Made by a program: the position numbers and the translations under genes | The notes under the pieces: generated by a model | The model's database searches: none | What the model saw: only the letters and a program-made list of their open reading frames with translations | Told to the model about the DNA's origin: nothing | Assembly: GCA_047967505.1 (NCBI GenBank) | Contig: CM106538.1 | DNA: 64,000 nucleotides | From: Dipteris shenzhenensis | Lineage: Eukaryota | Direction: 5' to 3' (one strand) | In this document: in pieces, positions 59,052 through 64,000 of the stretch | Position numbering within the stretch: position 1 is the first letter of the stretch | How the letters are laid out: each line of letters opens with the position of its first letter

Positions 59052-62000
59052 TGTGAAGATTTTTGAAAACCCCAAACTTGTCTTGTACATATGTACATGT
59101 GTGATGTTCAACTTATGTGTGTGCTTGCTGGCATTCAATCAAATTTTGTGTAAGCAGTTTTCGAGTACTTCATAGTATCTAGAGTTGGGAATGTGTGCAT
59201 TAAGTGACTTGGTCTAAGTTTTGTGGGAAGCCTTGGGAGTGGTAAAAAGGCAAATATGAGGTGGCTAATTAAGAATGATGTGGCTGGAATCAAAAAGGTA
59301 TCCATGCATGTGGCTACGTAATAGAGGAGGGAAGCTTCTCATTGAGGAGCAAGCATGTACGTGAAGCTTGGGCATGAAGGAGAATTCAGGAAGTTTTCCG
59401 GAACGCATAGGGAATAGACACACAAGTGGAGAGGGAAAAGAAGAGGTGGATGGAGTTCTGAAAAAGGTCTCTACTAGGCAGGCGGTGAGGATCTCAGTGA
59501 AGGGGAGAGAGCTTCGGGAGAGGGTCATTGCCACTATACAGTAGGGAGGATTGTAAGTTACGGAGAAGGTACTCCTGGATGGAGCTGTTGCGACACTATG
59601 CATGCGGGCTGTTGCTTCCGGACGGGAGAGGGACTTGATGACTGAAAGGCTGTAGCAGTTGGTGGTGGCTAGAGGATCATGGCGACGCGGGTGTACTGCA
59701 AGCTCATCGTGAAGGTGAGGCCATGTCTAAAGCAGGAAGAGCCAGGGAAGAGCTCTGTGTGTTGAGCAGAGGAGATAGCTGTGTTGGGTCGTCATGCAGC
59801 AAATGACCTTGGATGATAGGCTTTGCTGAAGAGGTCGATGGATGCTTGAATGGAGGCTGGGAAGGGGGAAAAGCAGAGAAAAAGAGGCATTTTCAGCACG
59901 CCCTGATCTGGAGAGCTGGAGGGAGCAAGAAACCTGGTCAGAGATGCTTGCAGGTGAGCCTGGAGTGCAGTTTTCGAGCAGAGGTTGCTGAACTTGCGTC
60001 CTGGAGGCTGTGGACAACAAGCTCTTGGCAGAGGGAGCATTTCCATCGCGGGAAGTTGCTGTTTTTTGCTATCCCTGGGTGTCAGAAGAAGTAAGCAATC
60101 GTGAATTTGCTGAAATCAAGTGTCGGAAGCAAGAGGGAAGCAAGGCAATCAGATTTTTGTTCAGAAACGGAGCCAGGACAGTCAGGAAAGAAGGGCGACC
60201 TGATTTATGGGAGGAAGTGCTGCTGATTTTGCATGCTGAAGGAGCTAGAAGCTGGGCAATTTCAAAAAGGTGGTTCCTGGTCAGTAGAACTTGCAGACAG
60301 AGGTGAAGAGAGTGAGGTCGATTTCAGATTTGGTTGTTTTCTTGCTGCCCGAAGTTTGTACTAGCTGGAATTCACTGCCTGGGTAAAAAGGAATGCATAA
60401 ACAGTTGTTATTTGGCTGATATTCACCAGAAGAAGTGGGCTGCTACTGTGTTTCGTGAAGAGGGAGGCAGTAGGAGTGTGATAGACCCTAGGAACTTGCT
60501 GAAAAGTACAAAAATCAGACCTGTTTTGGTGTGAGGAGGTTGTTGGCAACAGGAAGAGGCTCCAGGTTCTTGAAGAATTTTCAGTTCAGATTTTGTGTAA
60601 GTCAGGGGAGAAGCCACGGGAGGAGATTTGGACAGGAAAGTTGCAGTTTTTTGTGGTTTCGAGCTCTTTTTTGATAAATACAGTTTGCTGTAATTGTTTT
60701 GAGGTGTTCTCGAGGTGTTGTGGGCCAGCAGCTACAGGAAAAGAGGTGTTTTCTGAATTTCTAAGTTGGCTGCAGCAAAACAGCAGCAGAAAGGGTGAAA
60801 CAGGAGGAGTTTTGTGGAGTCTGGAGTCCAATATATGCAAGTTTTGTGGACTGTTTTGAAGCGGAACTATGTGGCCTTGTTGTAGCAGAGAATCTGTGAT
60901 CTTTTGATGCTAGAGAGTGTATCAAATCAGACTGGAATTGAGCTGATTTGTAAGTTGAATATAGTCTCATGTGTGGGATCACTCTAGACGGGTTTTCCTG
61001 TGGAGTTTTGTGTAAAGAGTCAAAGCTGAAACTGAGTTTTTGTATACATGCTTGAAATAAAGTCTGTTGATATCTCTGGGTGTTTAGTTCTGGGTGAGTT
61101 TGTTCTGCGTGTGAGAGTGTGACACGCTATAAAGGCGCATATAGCTATACCGCTTCTGTGTCACTTTTTGGTGCCTCCACGGAGGCAGTTCACTTCAGTT
61201 TACAAGATTGGAAGAGCAGATGTTCTGAGATGTGTTGCAAGCAATGGGGAGAAATCCACACATGAGAGTGATACAGTGTGAGTGGTGTGGAGAATGTGGT
61301 CACAGGAAGGACAGATGCATTGAAGTCCAGCTACGTGTGATCCGACTCCGAGCCAGAGTGCAGAGAGCTCTGAAAGTGCTTGCCCGGAGGAAAAAGAATG
61401 CTCTTCGGATGCAGAGTGAGCTTCTTCAGTAGTGTGTTTGTTTTGTTGCCTTCGAGTTTTGTTGTGGTTGAGAAAGCCGGGGTGTGACAGTTGAAAGATT
61501 GTGAGGATGGCACACGCTGGGGGATGCCGTATGAAAATGCAGTAAGATTCCTGGAAAAGATGGAATTTACAGCACTTATAAAAGATAGGGCAACCCCTGA
61601 GATTTTGTTTCAGATCTTGAATTATTGTTTGCAGGGAGATGCAAAAGCATGGTTGCAGACTCAAGTTGCTACCTTTAGGACTGCTCATCCCCAGCAACAA
61701 AATCCAAAGTATACAATGGTGAGAGCAACTTTCCTTGTACGCTTTGCACAAGCCAGGAGCCCTAATGAAGTCTGGAAAGACCTATGCTCAGTGAGACAGG
61801 CGGAAGAACAAGATGTGAATCAGTACATAATCCAGTTTGGGAGATTATGGAGTTTGTGGTGTGAAGCTCTTGTTCCAGAAGTACCACCTCAAATCATCAA
61901 GCGTGATCGTTTCATAGTTGGCCTAAAGCCTACACTCACATTGAAAGTGGAGCTGAAGAATCTGGTTAGTTTTGAAGATGCTGTCAGATTGGCCAGGGAG

Positions 62001-64000
62001 AAAGAATGGAAAGTCCAGAGACTGAGACAGCTTGGCATGCAAGAAGAGCCTAGGAATCCGAATGGAAGTCCAGAAATAATAAAGGCTTATGCAGAGAGAG
62101 AGCCGGTGTCTGTTCCTATGCAGGATGACTCCCTGAAGAAGGACTTGCATGATGCTGTAGAGCTTATGAAATCACTCAGTCTAAATTGACATGGAGCCTG
62201 CAGGAAGAGGAAGAGGCCGAGGTGTGCAAAACAACAGGAGAGATATACAGGCTGGGAGTGAAGGAAATACAGCTAGAACAGGTAGAGGACGGGGATACAT
62301 GAGCAATGTGAAGTGCTGGAACTGTGGAGAGTGGGGACATATCAGCCCTCATTGTGTTAAGCTAGCAAGAGTAGGTGGAGAAGTTTATCCTATGATGCAG
62401 AAGACAAATGATAGATCAGGAGACTTCAATGTGGAAGTGAAGGATCTAAATCAACCCTCTACCAGTGGAGTCAAGTGGGAAGATAAAGGAAAAGGGAAGG
62501 CAATCAGCCTGATTAGGGTAGAGACTATTCTGGAGATCATGCCAGTGGCAAAGAGAACAAGAAGTGCAATAGAAGAAAAGGGACCTTCTAGCCAAAAAAG
62601 GGAAGCATGTGGAGTTTGATCTCAACCCTCGGTCTCCTAAAAAGAAGAGTAGGAGGCCCAGGAAACATTACAAGACTTCAGATTTGCATATGGATCAAGG
62701 ACAAGAGGAATACACACTGATGAATGATTTGAAGGGAAGAACAGCCAATATAACTTTTGCATAGTTACTTGGTTTGTGTCCGAAGCTCAAAAGAGAATGG
62801 AAGAAGTTGGCTAATCCCAGGAAAAGTAATGAGCAAGAGCCTACGAGAGGAGAGATGGAGATGATGTCTGTAGAAGATCTTCCAGATTTATGCCCTGCAG
62901 TGGATGCATGGTATGGAGGTATGAGTGTCGGCGAGGCAAATGTTGATGGCGGTGCATAGATAAGTGTCATGACTCAGGCATGAATGGAGAGGTTGGGGCT
63001 AAAATTGAATGCGCATTCAGATTTTAGGCTTCAATTGGCAAACCATGCCAAGGTCAAGTGTCTGGGTATATGCACGGGAGTAGTAGTGGATGCTTTTGGG
63101 GTATCCTGTGGCATTAATTGCCACATTATGCCTGCTGGTTTGGGAGCATACCCACTGATTTTGGGCAGACCTTGGCTCAGACAGGTGGGAGCAATACAAA
63201 ACTGGAAGATGACAATTACAGTGCATAATAAGAAAGGAAAGGCCAAGAAATTTGATATGAGCAGTAGACGGGATATAGAAGAAGAACCAGAAGAAACAAG
63301 CATGGAAGAGGAGTCAGATAGTGGGACTGAAGAAGAAAGTACTACATCTGAGGAAAAGGGGCAAGTATCATTTCTGTTGAAGGAATCTGATGCAACTGAG
63401 ATACAAGAAGCTAAGGAGGAAAGTAAGCTTGAAGATATGGATAATTTGATGCAACCCCCACCTTCCCAGACAGAGAGAGAAGAGATATTGCTGTCCATGT
63501 TGAATTCCAGTCTGGAAGAAGTGGAGGAGGAGGAGTATATGAAAGTCATTCATCAATATCCAAAGCTGTTTATTACCTCACATGGAGAGATCAGGGGTTT
63601 CAAATGTGAGCCAATGCACATTGAGCTAAAAGAAGGCAGCAGACCTATTTTTCAGAAGTTGAGGAGGACACACAGAGAGCTTTTACCCGTGCTGAGAGAG
63701 GAGTTGAATAAGTTGCTCAAGGCTGGGCTGATATATCCAGTGGAGCATTCAAATTGGGGCAGTCCAGTGGTAATTATTCCTAAGCATGCAGGAGGATGGA
63801 GAGTATGTATTGACTACAAGCCTCTCAATGCAGTAACTAAAAGCAATCATTATCCTCTTCCTTTTATTGATGATATATTGGATAAAGTGGGAGGGTATGA
63901 GAAATACAGTGTGTGTGATGGATACTCTGGATACTTCCAGATTTCAATTGCCGAGGAGGATCAAATCAAAACTACATTCATCACATCCTAGGGTTGCTTT
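59052..64000 (+). mobile_element. Ty3/gypsy retrotransposon 5' part (~2.1-kb LTR, PBS-like site, gag, PR, start of RT); continues off the right edge
   Basis: gag CLQGDAKAW..VRQAEEQDVNQYI..FIVGLKP; knuckle CWNCGEWGHISPHC; protease NVDGGA..LILGRPWL; RT WGSPVVIIPK..WRVCIDY..DGYSGYFQI. The LTR start (~59052 or ~59100) is uncertain; its end is ~61163-61165. Confidence 0.88.
61232..63991 (+). pseudogene. gag-pol: gypsy gag-pol with stops and frameshifts
   Basis: ORFs at 61232, 61491, 62191, 62774 and 62984 in gag-PR-RT order. Confidence 0.88.

Noticed and set aside
59265-60982. Numerous short ORFs in both orientations
   Set aside because: They lie within the putative gypsy LTR and have no domain motifs or consistent frame.

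Overview
This is eukaryotic, retrotransposon-dense land-plant DNA. The element and intron style would fit a large-genome plant such as a fern, but that is inference only. No prokaryotic operons, rRNA/tRNA genes or CRISPR arrays are visible. The one convincing host gene is on the minus strand: the last four coding exons (50787-51874) of a SNF2-type helicase resembling the Arabidopsis F-box/SNF2 protein At3g54460. Its next upstream intron is >12 kb and holds an RTE/RTEX-like LINE, an older LINE fragment and a Ty3/gypsy element. The rest is nested, mostly decayed retroelements: a young full-length Ty1/copia (5190-11077, near-identical LTRs, GGCAT TSD), three copies of a second copia family ('B'), a further copia 5' end, three or four gypsy elements or fragments, a gag-only LTR element (TR-GAG-like), satellites and microsatellites. 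Four structures stand out. (i) One copia-B copy is cut into three pieces by two local inversions; the first has an 8-bp inverted microhomology, and undoing it restores an in-frame gag. (ii) Two independent copia-B copies break at the same leader motif. (iii) A LINE sits inside a (GA)n microsatellite and has four separate internal tandem amplifications, including four YADD-bearing RT modules. (iv) A gypsy gag carries an extra CCHC knuckle ahead of the capsid region and a hairpin-forming, non-canonical PBS. All alignments were done by eye; coordinates marked ~ are approximate.
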